A stretch of DNA of 64,000 nt from positions 109,182,001 through 109,246,000 of the forward strand of contig NC_043005.1 of the NCBI RefSeq assembly GCF_006345805.1. Reading direction: 5' to 3'. The position numbers and the translations under genes are program-made. Under the pieces are notes generated by a model. It ran no database searches and was not told the DNA's origin. It worked only from the letters and a program-made list of their open reading frames with translations. Origin of the DNA: Octopus sinensis. Its lineage: Eukaryota. Shown here one piece after another: positions 63,495-64,000 of the stretch (within the stretch, counting starts at the first letter, position 1; every line of letters starts with the position of its first letter).

Positions 63495-63862
63495 AACAAT
63501 TGCAGCGTGGAAGGTGTTTATAAGCCATTTAAGAAACACACAAAAACTGTTAGATTCACTTCAACATTTAAATTTAATTTGTCAAAATATTCTCGTCGCT
63601 TTGAGACTGCGACCTGTTCACTGACAAAATTCCATGCTGCATCTCGGAATTTTGAGATGCAGCACAGAATTTTGTCTGTGAACAGGTCGCGGTCTCAAAG
63701 CGACGAGAATATTTTGACAAATTAAATTTAAATGTTGAAGTGAATCTAACAGTTTTTGTGTGTTTCTTAAATGGCTTATAAACACCTTCCACGCTGCAAT
63801 TGTTTTCGTTCCTGAACACGATCTCAGATCAGGTCACTTGCTATGCAAGTGCATCTCCGTAA
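63495..63862 (-). mobile_element. Fold-back PLE-tail-like element (family G), arms 63495-63645 / 63654-63804
   Basis: 151-bp near-identical inverted arms with an 8-nt loop; the element's other end abuts (TA)n. Confidence 0.8.
63578..63628 (-). ncRNA. Hammerhead-like motif with G3-C8 core and A14G (mirror copy 63671-63721 on plus)
   Basis: TTTGTCA-GTGAACA-G-GTCGC-AGTCTCAAA-GCGAC-GAG-AATATT-T-TGACAAA: 7-bp stem I, 5-bp stem II, palindromic stem III. Confidence 0.55.
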
Positions 63863-64000
63863 TATATATATATATGTTTTATTATTAAAGCTGCAAAGAC
63901 ATCCCGAAATAACTGCTACTCAGAGTTTCAGGTTACCTTTCATCCGACAGTTGTGGTTCAGAATCACAACTGAATCACAAGTGTCCGACAAACGTTTGGA

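Noticed and set aside
63390-63819. Two convergent ORFs with nearly identical peptides (also 26111/26324)
   Set aside because: Consequence of the fold-back palindrome.

Overview
AT-rich animal genomic DNA, most likely Octopus (inferred from OK/OR-like tRNA-derived SINEs and very high microsatellite density). No complete host gene can be read. Only isolated candidate exons are visible, the best being 61390-61506 on the minus strand, and most ORF-track entries are microsatellite or SINE translations. The window is a nested transposon graveyard: a decayed Mag-clade Gypsy element (51554-56010; LTRs, ATTCT target-site duplication (TSD), RNase H deleted), Penelope-like element (PLE) RT and GIY-YIG fragments, RTE, CRE-like and R4-like LINE fragments, two mariner fragments, piggyBac and hAT MITEs, a Helitron and many SINEs. 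The most notable signal is a set of short non-coding PLE-tail-like elements. Eight form fold-back inverted repeats, and several families carry type I hammerhead-ribozyme folds. Their core 3-8 base pair differs between families (C-G, U-A, G-C), with further deviations at positions 4, 6 and 14. One family has a terminally redundant ~506-bp monomer with a full canonical hammerhead and is a retrozyme/circRNA candidate. All calls were made by eye; identities are estimates and nothing was searched against databases.
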